64,000 nt of DNA. It comes from Octopus vulgaris (Eukaryota). The position numbers were made by a program, and so were the translations under genes. Shown here piece by piece: positions 1 through 13,800 of the stretch. The first letter of the stretch is position 1. The number at the start of each line of letters is the position of its first letter. The stretch covers positions 106,144,001-106,208,000 of the forward strand of contig OX597816.1 of assembly GCA_951406725.2 (NCBI GenBank). The letters run 5' to 3'. The notes under the pieces were generated by a model. It was not told the DNA's origin, made no database searches, and saw nothing but the letters and a program-made list of their open reading frames with translations.

Positions 1-926
1 TATTAGTGTTGATCTAGAGCAAAAGAACATATTAGTCTTATGCTTAATCAAATGATATCAATATTGATTTTGATATTGTCTTGATTGATATTATTCAGTC
101 TGAATTCAGTATCATCTTCACTATCTACATTACTGAAGTTTGGAAATCATAAACGTATTCATTGAATAAATGATTAGTGGGTGTAGAAATTCAGAATTCA
201 TCTTATTACATGTTTCTGCTGTTTATATTCTATTCATTTTGACTTATGTTACAGTATTCTATGAATACCTCAATGCGACCTGAAAAAAAATCAAAATTCT
301 AGGCACAACCCAGTGAGTGGTCTCAACATAGCCACTTGACTTGCTAGAAATAATGTCAAAACGGCCCTCAAATGGCATTCTACTGACACATTGGATAATG
401 TATTCTTAGATACATTATGACTGAAACAAAAGATATTTCAGGCTTATTGTGTCTCTAGTCAGGTTGAAGCTATTACAGTTGGTTATCACTAGTCCGCTTT
501 ACTTGTGAAGACTTTTTGTCATAAGCCTGTTCAATCAGGGCTAATATGTAGCTTAGCAATAACAATATTTTGGACAATGTTCAGACATATTACTTATCTG
601 AGAATGTCAACAGTACATATGTTATAATAAAGGATGAAGAACCAATTCGATTCTAACAGAGATTAAAAGAGTTATCTATCTAGCATTCCTTTCTTAGTTG
701 ATGCCTGTTGATTGAAAATCAAGTCAATTGCTTGATCATTAATGATCAGAAGTATCTATCAAAAAGTGATCAGCTCTAGTGACTAATGAATGTTAAGTAT
801 GACCAGTGGGCTACAACTGTTTATTTTTAGCTACATCCACAGAAGGTGTTGTGCACTATAAGCCATCGAATCACTAGTCAATTTTACAATGCTGCCACCA
901 CTTATCTTGGCTAGTTGCTTCTACTA

Positions 927-1817
927 CAGGGTGTCCCAAAAGTCACTGGTGGGTTTCAATTTTTAATAACTTCCTTAACTTTACAAATAAATGCATGAAA
1001 TTTTGATACAATATAAAGGGCATAATTGGAAATTAATATGCACAAGCCAAATTTTGCAACACCACTATATCACATATGACAAATGACATTGCTTAAATGG
1101 CAGCCATTTTCGATTTCGCATGCCCATGCTCTTTCCAAAACTTGCACTGTAACACCCTCAAGAGTTTCAGACCCCACTTCTCTAATTTCTCTATTGATGT
1201 TTTCCTTCAGTTGCACCAGGGTCTCCGGTTTGTTGACATAAACACTCTCTTTCAGATATCTCCATAAGAAAAAATCCAGGCTAGTCAAGTCAGGGGAATG
1301 TGAAGGCCAGTTGACATTGCCGTAGCGGGTGATTATTCTCTCTCCAAAGCACTGCCATAGCAACTGCATTGTTTCTCCTGTGGTATGAACAGTTGCCCCA
1401 TCTTGCTGGAACCATGTCTGAGGTCTACTTTGAATGGCCTTCACGTTCGCCAGACTTGGCTAGCCTGGATTTTTTTCTTCTGGAGATACCTGAAAGAGAG
1501 GGTTTACGTCAACAAACCGAAGACCCTGGTGCAACTGAAGGAGAGCATCAATAGAGAAATTAGAGAAGTGGGGTCTGAAACACTTGAGGGTGTTATGGTG
1601 CAAGTTTTGGAAAGAGCATGGGCATGCGAAATCGAAAATGGCTGCCATTTAAGCAATGTCATTTTTCATATGTGATGTAGTGGTGTTGTAAAATTTGGCT
1701 TGTGCATATTAATTTCCATTATGTCCTTTATATTGTATCAAAATTTCATGCATTTATTTGTAAAGTTAAGGAAGTTATTAAAAATTGAAACCCATCAGTG
1801 ACTTTTGGGACACCCTG
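927..1817. mobile_element. Fold-back Tc1/mariner (DD41D/rosa-type) element made of two inverted 3' ends
   Basis: TA|CAGGGTGTCCCAAAAGTCACTG ... CAGTGACTTTTGGGACACCCTG|TA. Arms ~927-1309 and ~1435-1817 are reverse complements. Minus ORF 1070-1444 has WFQQDGA..H...WPSHSPDLTSLDFFLW with 41 residues between the 2nd and 3rd catalytic Asp. Confidence 0.9.
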
Positions 1818-4253
1818 TAAATAGTACTTATTTACAACTAAATGAACTGAGCCATTTGACATTTTTTTGGTCACATTTATAATACAATGCTAGTGAGAGG
1901 ATATTAACATTAATGCCATTATTAAAATTATTATTGAACTTTACTGAATGGTTTTAGCCAGCATAGACTCGAATTTGGGTTTTAATTCCAAATTTATACT
2001 CTAGCTATCTTGCATATGCACCAACAAAGTTTCAGTTAGACTATGTTGTCCAAAAATTTATTGTTGGCACGTATTTACACAGATACATGTCATAGGAGAT
2101 ATAAAACCAAAGAACTTTGGGAATCTTGGACTCGTCTTTGTAGAAAGTGGCAAACGGTGTAAAACCACTCAAGTATGACTATAGAAACAGCAGTTCTCGT
2201 ATAGATTTAAGCGATTTTTAAAACTCACCACTTAAGTCTATCTTTTTGAAGTAGACTATTTCTACTTCCAATTTTTTGACGAAAAAATGTATTTATTTAC
2301 AAAATACATTATGACGTCATTAAAATCAATCTTTGTAATAAGTCAACATATGACAGGTATTTGTTTGTCATTTTATTATAATCCTTAACTTTGATGATTT
2401 TCAAAGCTCTGAGGTCTACATGCCACCTCTCAAATTGATTTTGCTTTTTATTTATTTATTTTTGTCTTTCCTGTTACGTTTTCAATCGAGTAAAATAAAC
2501 ACACAAGGAATAATTTAATTTAGATATAAATACAATAGTGGTCTTATTAAATGAATGTTATCAATTTAATCAGAATAAAGTAATAAAGACAAACAACACT
2601 TTAACATATTGTATATTCGAAGTAATATATTATATAAATATTATATATTCGAAGTATTATTCCGTAACAAGATTCTCTCGGCAATCTTATTAAAATTCTT
2701 AAACAGCATTAAAAGTTCAACGATTTAGTAAGTTACAATTAATCTGAAATCTAATTTTATACTCCTAAAGTATAAACAGAAGTTCATGAATTTGTATAAG
2801 TTCTAATGCCAAGTGAAGAAGTGACATTTGACATTTCGGGCTTCACAGCTGCACGATTTTTAAGTATTTTATTTCACACTGCGTACCGTTATAATTAACA
2901 AAATGATCACGAACTATTTAATTTCATTTGACTATATGTATTTAAAACTAGAAACTCATCCTGTTAATATTAAGTGCAAAAAATATGGATATTCATTTCC
3001 ATTTCAAGGGAGCCTTAAGACACAATTCGCTGTGATTTTTCAGTCTGGTAGAAATAGCAGCCAAATTTTCCCCAAACTACAACTTACTGTCTCATAAAAG
3101 AAAAAGCATATTACATATTATAGTTCTATGCATACTATGCTTGAATAAAAGATGAGAGGGTCAGATACTAGAACACTTTTGATCATATGTCTGCCCAATC
3201 AGAACTATCGTGAGGCTAAACAACAACTCGTAGAACACTACCCGAACTAACAATGATTTTAGTTTTACTTAGTTAGTTTACTAAGTTAGAGTAGTATAGA
3301 TAGAACTGGCATTTATATAAACGACCTCGGAATGATGAAAGGCAAAAACTGAATCAGCCGATTCCCCTCACTTTGTCAAAACAAAAATTAAAAACTTAGA
3401 TAACTGGTCATGAGTAACATATTCAATTGCCACACCTTAATAATACAAATAGTGAAATGGCAATTTTCCCAGAGAGAATATTCGTATTTCGTCATCCTTG
3501 GAAAATAAAAAATTGAGTCCCAATTAAAACTATGGGGAAAAAGTTTGTTCGGTGCGAAATCTTGTCAAAGAAGAAAAAAATGGAAATAGAGAGAAAGAGA
3601 GAAGAGGCAAAACGAAAGAAATAGGAGATGTTTTCGCAATTTCTTCGATTCAAATAAAGTTAAAAATTTAGTAGCTCTATCATTTGAAGGAAAATTATAT
3701 AATTATTTACTTCTATAATTATTTAATGTTGACGTTCTTCCATAAATACGAAACATCAACGAAAAGTGAACTCGATGCGATTAAGATAATGTAAGCATTA
3801 AAAACAATAACAACAATAATAAATTAACAGTGACAAATTTCAAGCTAGAAGTAACAATAAATCTTTATTTAAAATTATACTAATTAAAGATATTAATTAT
3901 TTAACTTACTTGATTAGAAGGAGTAAACAAATACTGCTGAGACGTTACATGTTTACAACTATCAGGTGCTTGTATACGCAGAGTAAGACCCCAAACACAG
4001 ACATGTCGGAATGTCTGTTAACATAATCTTTAAGAAAAGGATACTTTCCATATTCGACATTGTGAAATATTATAGATCAAAAATAATATTTTCGAGGAGT
4101 ATTAATGAACAACCTGTATTTCTTGACTAATCAACTCGAGTTACTGACGTAATGGCAGAGCTAGAAAATTATTTTGAGCCACCCGCTTTCTGTCTTACAC
4201 TGGTGTGTGCGCACGTAAGTGTTTATACACACATGGTAATCTATCTATCTATC

Positions 4254-4298
<45 letters not shown>

Positions 4299-4973
4299 CA
4301 TAAATAATGTATAAATATATGCATATATACATACATATATGTACATACCTACATCTATATGTATATATACATGCATATATGGGTACAGGACATAAAAAAA
4401 CGTTGAACACAATGAGAAACGAAAACATAACAACAAAAACATGGAAACGAACTTTTTTTCAAACAACGGCAAAACAGAGTACAAGACATACAACACAAGG
4501 AATTGTCCCTGTTTCGTCTACTCCGCGTTTCGAAGGTAACGACAAGACGCAACTTCATTGAAACAAACCTTCCCGCAAAGCAAATTAAATAAAATTTGGG
4601 ATTTTTTGCGGAGGGGTAAAAGTGGTAACAAGAACAGGACAGTAAAAACAAAACAAGACAGTACAAACAATACAAATAAAAACAGTAAAAGACAGGACAA
4701 GGAGAATAACAGTAAAAACAAACTCTCACTGGACAATGATGATGACGATGATAATAAATCCAGACAATTTTTTTTTTAAATAACTTTTATCAAAACAAGA
4801 CAGCCCGCTTAGAGTAGACACCTGGTTGTGCCATTTTTAAAGGCCAAGAATCAACTCATCACTTTCTATTGAAAGAACTGGCCAGTTGTATAGATGTAAA
4901 TACGATTTTTTTCTTCTTTCTTTCCTTCTCTTTTCCATTGACACCTCTTTCAGATACACAGGCACACACACAC

Positions 4974-4974
<1 letters not shown>

Positions 4975-5011
<37 letters not shown>

Positions 5012-5012
5012 T

Positions 5013-5044
<32 letters not shown>

Positions 5045-5045
5045 A
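4975..5045. repeat. (CT)n microsatellite
   Basis: Direct reading of the sequence. Confidence 0.95.
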
Positions 5046-5264
5046 CTCCCCATTCCTCACACACTTTTACTATCCTATATCTCTCTCCGCCTCTACACAC
5101 TCAATAATACTATAAAAAGAGACGATTCCCTTCAAAAAATTCAAATCTGAAGAATCTACTAGAGTAGATGCAAGCGCTGATATATGATTTATAAAAACAT
5201 GTGACATATCAATAAAAATCTGTAAATGTACAACCATCCAGATTTCTGAGTACCTTATTTTTTG

Positions 5265-5312
<48 letters not shown>

Positions 5313-5772
5313 AGACAACAAAAGAATGAAAGAGACCTCAGTATTATGTAAATATAATATGTGACAATTATTCGGTTGCCATAATAAAACTCCGAGTTTT
5401 GGATGTCGGGGCGGAAACCTGCTCCAGCATCTTTCCAGTTATCGAGGCAATCAAAATATGCTATGAAAATGACCGTTAAACAAAGGGAAATTACTATGTA
5501 ATTGACCGTTATTAAGGCAAAAGAGCTATTAGAATGACCGTTAAATAAGGAAAAATGCTCATAGCAATCGCGTATGCGCACATGTACATATATACACATG
5601 CGCGCACGCACATCCATGTACATTTGCCTATATACATACGCTCACTCACACTCACATGGTTGTATATATATGTGGATGTACATGCATGTGTTCCACGCGA
5701 GTATGAGTGAGCATATGGCATGTGCATATTTTAGACGTGTATTTGGATATAACTGTGCGCGTATGGGTATGT

Positions 5773-5821
<49 letters not shown>

Positions 5822-5934
5822 CGCGCGTGTGGATATGTATGCGTGTACATGCATGGTTGCATATATATATATGTGTGCATCTATAGGCGTATGTGTGGGT
5901 GCGCATGTATGTGTTTCATGCGAGTATGAGTGAG

Positions 5935-7927
5935 CATGGTCCCATTCATCCTCAGCTTCCTTACTACAGACATCAACCTTTTTCCGAACGTACTTTGCGA
6001 CAGGCACCTTTTCTCCAGGCGGATCTTTCTCGACAGGTGGAAGCTGAAATAGCTTACCAGCCCGTGTCCGGAGATGAAGTGACCAGTCCCAATCCCTTTC
6101 GCTCATGTCGTCCATAACGTTTCTTTCAAAATGGTTACTACGCAGAAAAACGATGCCTTCTTTTCCTTGTTGAATGAAGAAGGCGGTACGATCTTAATCA
6201 TGGACCCAGTCGAGACCCGTACTCTCTCTCTCTCTGCATCCGACATCAGTTGTTCGACATAAGTTATCAACTCCCTCAACTCCTTACAGTGTAAGGCGTG
6301 CGCGACAGATTCACTGACGCGACAGATTCACTGACGCGACAGATTCACTGACCTCGGACAAGTGGGGGAGGTGTCAAAACCGTTTCTAGACAACCTCTCT
6401 CGAACCGGTCAGGCCGATCGGTAGCACAACCAAGCCAAGGATTTCTGGAAGTTATCCAGATACCTCGGCCCGAATGTCCTTCCGAACAGGGTGGTCAGTT
6501 GTTCCTCATCGAAGCCCAGAGACTTCCCCGGGACAACCCTCTATAAAAATCTGCGATGGTAACTTCGCTGCCGGTATTGCTCGCCCGAGAGAACAGAGTG
6601 AGTATTTCTCTGCATTCCCTCTGCCATTTTCCCATCCTAGGTTAGGCGGTTAGGTTATCACCGATGCTATAAACACCTATGCAACCTCGGCTCTTCCGAA
6701 CAAAGATAACGTCCTCCCAGACCAAGTTTGGGTTATGGCCGTCATCTTGCTCGCCACTTCGCTCCAGTTTTTCTCCTGCTGGAAATCTGGTCCAAACCAG
6801 ATTTCGATCAATTTAACCGGGCCCTCCGTCCAGCCTCCGACGACGCTGTTGGGTGGCATCGACTTGCCACGCCAGGTGCAGAGTTGCAAGCCGACTGATT
6901 TCTCCTGGTTAATTTTTGCCCCTCCACCGCTTCGTATCCTTTGATGGCGTCTTCTACACGAGGTAGCTGTCCTTTATCAGACATGGTGATGGTAACATCA
7001 TCTGCATATATCGTCGCACTTCTACCGTAACACAGATCACGCGGGTCTACCCCCATAGTCCCCAACCTCTGCAGCAGTGACTCAAGAGCCAAAACATACA
7101 GCAGCGGGGACAGGGGGCAGCCCTGGCGAACCGAACGCTCGATCGCGAAGGACCCATTCACTCGGATGACAGATTTGATTTTGCAATACATAGCTTCGAT
7201 CCAGCCTCGGATAGTCGGGCCCAATCCCACTGCCCGGAGGACCCCCGCCAGATACCAATGGTCAACCCTGTAGTGACGCCATTTTAGAAATCTTCAGCAC
7301 GCATGCGCAGAGTTGGATTCTTCCGAGAGGCCTGCCGGAAGTTCCCTCATGCGCGTGCGCAGAAAACTAGCAGTAGCAAAGTTTCCCGCGTATTGTTCTC
7401 TCGAATGCTGACAGCCGAACAGGACGGACGTGTTTCAGCAGCTCTTTCAAGCCGCACCTTGTGGAGTTGCTATGCTATGCTTGAATAGAAAGGATTTGGA
7501 TCAGTCCATTTGACTACTGCGACGAACTCCTAGGCTGCCGATTCGCCCAGAAGAAGAATGTATATATTGCGAATCCAGAAATAAAATATTTATGCTGTAG
7601 AAGTTATTCGGAAGTCTTGACTCTTTTCTTCGATTAATATTTTAGTGTAAAGGATGAGAGCTGCACTCGTCCAGTGTTACAGACCTTTCATCCTGTTACA
7701 ACCCTATCGAATGCCTTAGACTGGTCTAAATTCACCAGTGCCCCACCTTTGCCAGGAACTTTACCAACCCACTCTATGGTATAGCGAATGAGTTGAAGGA
7801 TGTCATGTATCGTCCTTCCTGGGATGGCACGTGTCTGTGTCTCTCCCACCAGGTCGCCCACGACAATCCTCACTCTTTTGGCTAGCACCTTGGCAAAAAT
7901 CTTTAACTCTGTGTTTAGCAGAGTTAT
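5935..7927 (-). mobile_element. Degenerate, 5'-truncated L1/Tx1-like LINE ORF2 (RT and C-terminus), interrupted by a solo LTR
   Basis: Minus-strand fragments TLLNTELKIFAKVLAKR, LDQSKAFDRV, SVRQGCPLSPLLYVLALE, YADDVT, W..RTLSLFGRAEV, with frameshifts and stops. A 17-bp x3 tandem duplication lies at 6301-6351. Confidence 0.85.
7269..7700. mobile_element. Solo LTR (432 bp), probably Gypsy-type, with 4-bp TSD ACCC
   Basis: Starts TGTAG and ends TTACA. ACCC at 7265-7268 and 7701-7704. Removing the insert restores the host RT frame KAFDRV-DHWYL. Internal TATATA and AATAAA near 7561-7585. Confidence 0.85.
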
Positions 7928-8379
7928 GAACCAAAGACATCAAGACGAGGAAAAGTTAGGTTTTTTTATAAGGAGTTGTAGGCTCAGCTGAGGTAGAAAA
8001 CAGGCTATCACACGTAACCTTATCTGAAGTCTGCGATTAGTTGGGTTGCATATTGGTGCGCGATAGAGCAAGAGACAAATTGCGCCAATACCAACCCATC
8101 AGTGTAGTGGATACAACAGGGTCCAAAATACGGCCAAAGGCTAGCTGTTATCTACTACGTTCGTATGTATATATAATAGAGAGGAGAGGAGTTTTACTCA
8201 AGTGTACGCTACAGGTTGATCCTCATAACTAAACTACTGAAGGACACTTTTTTGCCTAATATCAGGGCGATACTACGTACAAATGATACGATTTTACGTA
8301 TTTTATTTATTCATATACTATGCTACATTGATATTCTATAGTAAGTGAATTGAATAGGTTTCAAATTGGAATCAAAACA

Positions 8380-8800
8380 ATGCCGTGACCTTTGCTTCGT
8401 CTGCTCGACAACTGTTGATCTGTTCCAACATTGTCGTTGATGCTGTGCTCGCGTCTACGCTTTACATTAGATTCGTCCTTCACGCTTCTGAAAATGACCA
8501 GGTTATCAGCTCTACACCTTATAGGTCCTGAGGCGGCTTATTAGTAAATTTAGGCATAAAATCCGCAATTACAATGGAGGCACATAATAGTGAAGCCAAG
8601 ACCTGGTGGGACTCTTGCTTTCCGCTCAACCCACATCTCATTAACTTCTCATATTAGATTCAAAGTGCTGTACTCCAGAGTGCACAGCACTGCGCCACAG
8701 TCAGCGATCCCGAATAAGATGTCACCAAATACACTGCTCTAAGCTACATTTTTCAAGGTTGTCATGAGTGTCTTTGTATCTTTTCTTTGATCCAGCATAT
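8380..8800 (-). mobile_element. Highly decayed RTE-like LINE C-terminal remnant
   Basis: Minus strand reads KKRYKDT..NLEKC, resembling the RTE post-RT GQKKRYKD.LK motif. The rest is degraded. Confidence 0.35.
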
Positions 8801-9169
8801 GACTGAGAGCTAACTGTTTGAAATCTAGAGTTGAGCATACGCTTTACGTATATGCAGTAGAACACGATTTTAAGTTCTAAAGTTTTACATATTGCAGTGA
8901 TCTTGCAGATTAGAACTCAGTTTCACTTTGTCATCCAACAATCATTTTTATTGTTTGATGGTCGACGAAGAATTTTGTATTGAAATTTTTATGCAAAGAT
9001 ATTTTTTTTAATGTTTTGCAAGTAAGATGTTGCTATAGTTTCTTGTTCTCAAAAGAATGTCAAGAAATACTTTCTGAAAGAAGTACAAGGTAGACAGATA
9101 CACACATATAGTTCAATATTATATAAATTTTTATTTTCCGATATAAAAAAAAAGAGACAGTTTCCATAC

Positions 9170-10340
9170 CTACGAAAGTGTATCCCTCCTTACCCCTGGT
9201 TTCGTTTCCTCATAACTTCTAGAAAAATAGATATTTTTTAATGATTTTTTTTTTTAATAAATACGTTTCAGATGGTATAAATTCTGATTATATTGGAATT
9301 TGTAATGACAAAAAATTTTCCGTGGGTATGGAGAGGAATTTCGGAAAATTCAAATGAGCCGGCTTTGTTTCCTCATAGCTTTCAGAAAAATATTTTTTAA
9401 TAAAATTTTCTACAAGTACCTTTCAGATGGGACACATTATGACTGTATGGGAATTTAATAAGAAAAAAAAATTGGGCTCACACACATCACATATATCTAC
9501 AAAATGAAATTTGAAATTTCAAAAAAATTTGTGTTGTGTGTCAGTATGTATGTGTGCGCGCTCACTATTTTCTTTTTCATATCAAATTCCGATATAATAA
9601 TAGTTTACACGTTCTGAAAGGTATTTTGTAGAACATTTCATAGGCACAGGCGTGGCTTTGTAGTAAGAAACTTGCTTCTCAACCACATGATTCTGGGTTC
9701 AACACCCACTGCGTGGCAACTTAGACAAGCCTTGTGAGTGGATTTCGTCGACGGAAACTGAAAGAAGTACGTTGTATATGTGTGTGCATGTGTGTGTGTG
9801 TCCGCCATCGCTTGACAACCGATGTTGGTGTGTTTACGTCCCCGAAACTTAACAGTTCAGCCAGAAAGATCGATAGAATAAATACTAGGCTTACAAAGAA
9901 TAAGTCCTGGGGGTCGATTTCTTCGACTAAAGGCGGTGCACCAGTATGGCCGCAGTCAAATGACTGAAACAAGTAAAAGAATTCTAAGTTATGGGTAAAA
10001 AGGCGGAGGTAAAGGACATGGAACGCACTCCACTTGCAGTTATTATTTTTACTTTGTTTTTCTTTTTCTACAGAAACCCTCTTTTTCTACAGAAATCCAC
10101 CTTGTCAACTGCGGAGATTCCGATTCTGCAAAAAAAAAAAAAAAAAAAAAAATCGGCATTTCAAAACTTTACCTCCGCCAGGATATAAAGCCGACTCGTA
10201 TAATTTTTCCGAAACTCCTTATCCCACCTCGGAAAAAAATTTTGCCCCTAATAAATTCTGATATGAACTACACAATCTGAAGCGTATTTGTAGAAAATTT
10301 CATTAAAAAATATCCATTTTTCTAGAAGTTATGAGCAAAC
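9170..10340. repeat. Dispersed repeat family with internal sub-repeats in both orientations (probable non-autonomous DNA element)
   Basis: Motif TATTTGTAGAAAATTTCATTAAAAAATATCCATTTTTCTAGAAGTTATGAG at ~10286-10335, reverse copies at ~9208-9270 and ~9372-9430, and further copies at ~11355-11420 and ~41245-41460. Confidence 0.55.
9642..9981 (+). mobile_element. tRNA-derived SINE with CR1-type 3' tail
   Basis: A-box-like TGGCTTTGTAG, B-box-like GGTTCAACACC, central (TG)n, and 3' AAGGCGGTGCACCAGTATGGCCGCAGTCAAATGACTGAAACAAGTAAAAGA. Related decayed copies elsewhere, e.g. ~17010-17205. Confidence 0.75.
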
Positions 10341-10680
10341 AAATACTAAGCCAAAATATTTAAAAATCTTCGCTGTGTTTTTTTTTTTATTTGAATCTCG
10401 CTGCCTTCCACTCTAAAATAAAATAAAATATAAGGGAGGCAACTATAAATGACTACCACGTTTATTAAAACAAATTGTACACTTTTTCTCGAAAAAATAT
10501 ATATATTTATATATTGGGTTTATATTTAGAAAATAAAGCAAAAATTCTCATTCTACATTTAAATAATGGCAATAATAATAAGCGTTTTTTTTATTGTTCA
10601 CAACACAACAATAACAAAATTACGGAACTAATTGAAATCATATTTATGTATATACTGCACTTTACCACGTGTGGAACAGC

Positions 10681-10840
10681 ATGGCGACAGTAGACGATTG
10701 TTCGAAAATGCCTCAAAAAAGAAGCGCCGAGGAAATGTCTTTGGACGAACCAACAGCTAAAGCCATTAAGCTTTCAGATGATGCTTATACTTATACAGAT
10801 TTTATCACAGAACTGAAAGACACATCAACTTCTATGAGCG
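10681..10840 (+). CDS. URB1: URB1 exon 1 ([18 protein letters not shown]...TSMS)
   Basis: ATG at 10681 in a CpG-retaining region, donor G|GTAAG, phase 1. Confidence 0.85.
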
Positions 10841-13800
10841 GTAAGATGAGATATTGCTCTCGCATCGATGTCGTATAAAATGTTTACATGTGTAAAATTC
10901 TGGGCATTTCTGTTTAGATAAGTTTGCAGGATATAACATTTTTGGCCGGTGCTTACTTTATTATCTTTTTTAAAAGTATTCTTAGTAGAAAACTATTGCA
11001 TTCACTCCCAGCTTTCTATCAATGTTTCATTAAACGCTACCGGGTGTTGAAAATTAGTTTCCTGAAATTGGAAGCAACAATTATCTGTGAATTAGTTATA
11101 ATTTACAGATAGTTCTCAAACTCGTTTATGTTGCAGAATGAGTAAAGCAGTGATAGAGATTCAGCAAATTATATTGATAACACCAATCAATAAAGTATTC
11201 GATTATGACTGGCACACACGCCTTGTAGGGTTTGTGAGATTTGGCTGTTATTTCTAGCATGTGGATAGCCTACTTCAAGGCCGGGGAATTGAAAATATGA
11301 AAATTGTTTTTCCGTAACCAAAAACGGGATTCCGTGAAAAAAAAATCAATATATACATATCCATTTTCCTGAAAGTTATGACGGTAAAATCGGATCTTGT
11401 GAATTTTCCGAAAGTCCTCTCTACACAGTTCTTAACACCCAGCAGGTCGGGCTTTTTGTGTGTGTGTTAACGGGTGAAGATCTTTATATTAACCGAAATC
11501 TGTAGTTATGCCGAGTCGTAGTGTATTGCCACCCTGTAAAAATGAGCAACTAGAACCTCAACTACAAACGCTAGACCTTACCCTCACTGAGTATCTCCTG
11601 GAGAACACACATGTACTGCTTCACATTTAGTACAACGCTGCTATATGTAGACATCCCATAATGCATCTTAAAAAGAGGCTACCTTACTGATTAGGTATGA
11701 ACTTGTGTACCAACATACTCCAACCTGAAAGTCTCAGACGTGCTGTCTCCTCTCTGAGTCTTTACTCCTTGTACTGCAACTATAGAGGTCTTTATTCTCT
11801 AGTTTCCAGGCACCTCCACTTAAGCAACTCATTTATCTTTTGTCAGCATATTGTGCCTAAGCCTTGCACTAACCATATGTCCAGTCTTTCCTCTCCAGAA
11901 CAGTTGTCTTCAGGAATTCTCTCTTGGCCCATACATTTCCAACAATCATTGGCTTGCAAGTTGTTCAACTACATTGATCTCCTCTTGCATGTCCAGGTGA
12001 AATCTATAAGCCCCTCCCCCAAACTCCATTACATGTGTTGTGATATGATTGTCATTGATATATGTGCACTCGTTCATTCCTTTTTAAATCTTTTTTAAAC
12101 CCTATTAAGCTAGGAAGGGGTGGGGTCCAAGAGCCCCCTTCCTCTGTGGGTTTTTTTTTTTGCATAACTTTTGAAAGAAATTTATCCTGTTAAATCTTCA
12201 CATAACTAATTTTGAAAATAAAGTTTTCCATTGCCACAGAAACAGCAGGAATTGAATAAGTAGCATAAAACAATATTATGTTTTTCATTTTTCTAGTTAC
12301 AAAATTTGATTATACAGACTTTGTAATCAAAACAATAGCAAAGATGTTTATTAATGATGTATATTCCTGCCAAGTTTCATTGTCATATCATAAGTAATTC
12401 TTTGCAAATTTAAAGATTTGTAATTCTATCTTGTAGCCATTTGTTCAGCAACTTTAGCTTCCCAAATATGTTTGGAAAATAGAATGGGTAGAATATGTCA
12501 CATTTGGTAGCTGGGGTTTCTTCTTCTAGCTGCTTACTAGAAGCTTCACAACATTGTCCCAAAGTTTAATGAAGTAACACGAGCAATTACCCTTTGAGAT
12601 TATCACCGTATGAACTCAAAGTAGTAATCATCATCATTTAACATTTGTTTTCCATGCTGGTATGGGTTGGATGGTTTGACAGGAGCTGGAAACGGTTTCT
12701 ACAGCTGTATACCCTTCTTAATGCCAACCACTTTACAGAGTGTACTGGGTGCTTTTATACAGCACTAGCAAGGGTGCTTTAACATGGCACCAGCACAGGT
12801 ACTTTTTACATGGTACCAGCACCCACGAGACTATCCAATGCCATCTTGATACTTTATTCATTGTAATAACTGTCCTTTAATGTCTGTTTTCCATGCTGGC
12901 ATGGGTTGGATGCTTTGACCAGAGCTGCACCAAGTACCAGCCTGATTTGGCTTGGTTTCTATGGCTGGATGCCCTTCCTAATGCGAACCACTTTACAGTG
13001 TGTGCTCGGTGCTTTTAATGTGGTTCCCCACATCTGCTTGATGAATTATTATTGAAATGTTAGTGAATCCTTTTATTTTTTCTGTCATGACAGAACTTAA
13101 ATAGAAAATGCATTGTGTGTATGTATGTTTAGTGTGTAAATTTTACACACATTAATAGAAAATTTTAGAAAGAAACCAAGTGGTAATTGTGTACTCTGCT
13201 TCATTGGACCTGTTCCTCCTCTCCCTCTACACCTCAATTCCCAAATTTTACCATGGTCTCAGGTTGAGAAACAGAGCCCTAGTGTATTTTAAATATTGAA
13301 TGAAATCTCTTTGATCTAAGGTTAATGAGGATTAACTTGAGACTAAATAGTTACTACAATCCAATTAACCAGAACAATGACCACTGCCATCACCAACTTG
13401 GAAACCAATACAAGCTACACCACCATCTCTAGCAACCCACCAACTTTTGAGTAGCCTACTAACAACAACAATAGTGGTATCGGCATGATAACAATGTCTC
13501 TAGATATATGCTTTATATCAATGCAATGGTGTGTTGAGTAGTGTGTATTTATGGCTCAAATCATAGGTGCAAGGGGCAAATTGCCCATGAACCTGGTAAA
13601 CCTTCAAGAAACTGTAATCATGTAGTACTTCCACTCCTTCACCTTTTCATCTTCATATTTTCATTCTTACAACCATAAGAATAAGACAACAATTTTTGTT
13701 TACATAAAACAATTCTTTCCTAATGCTATATTTTTTAATACTTTCATTATACCACACCCTTCACATAGTTGTCAACATATTTTGTGGAAAGTGCATACCC

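Noticed and set aside
11697-12098. 133-aa + strand ORF in intron 1
   Set aside because: It has no recognisable motif and no fitting splice context. It is probably decayed repeat sequence.
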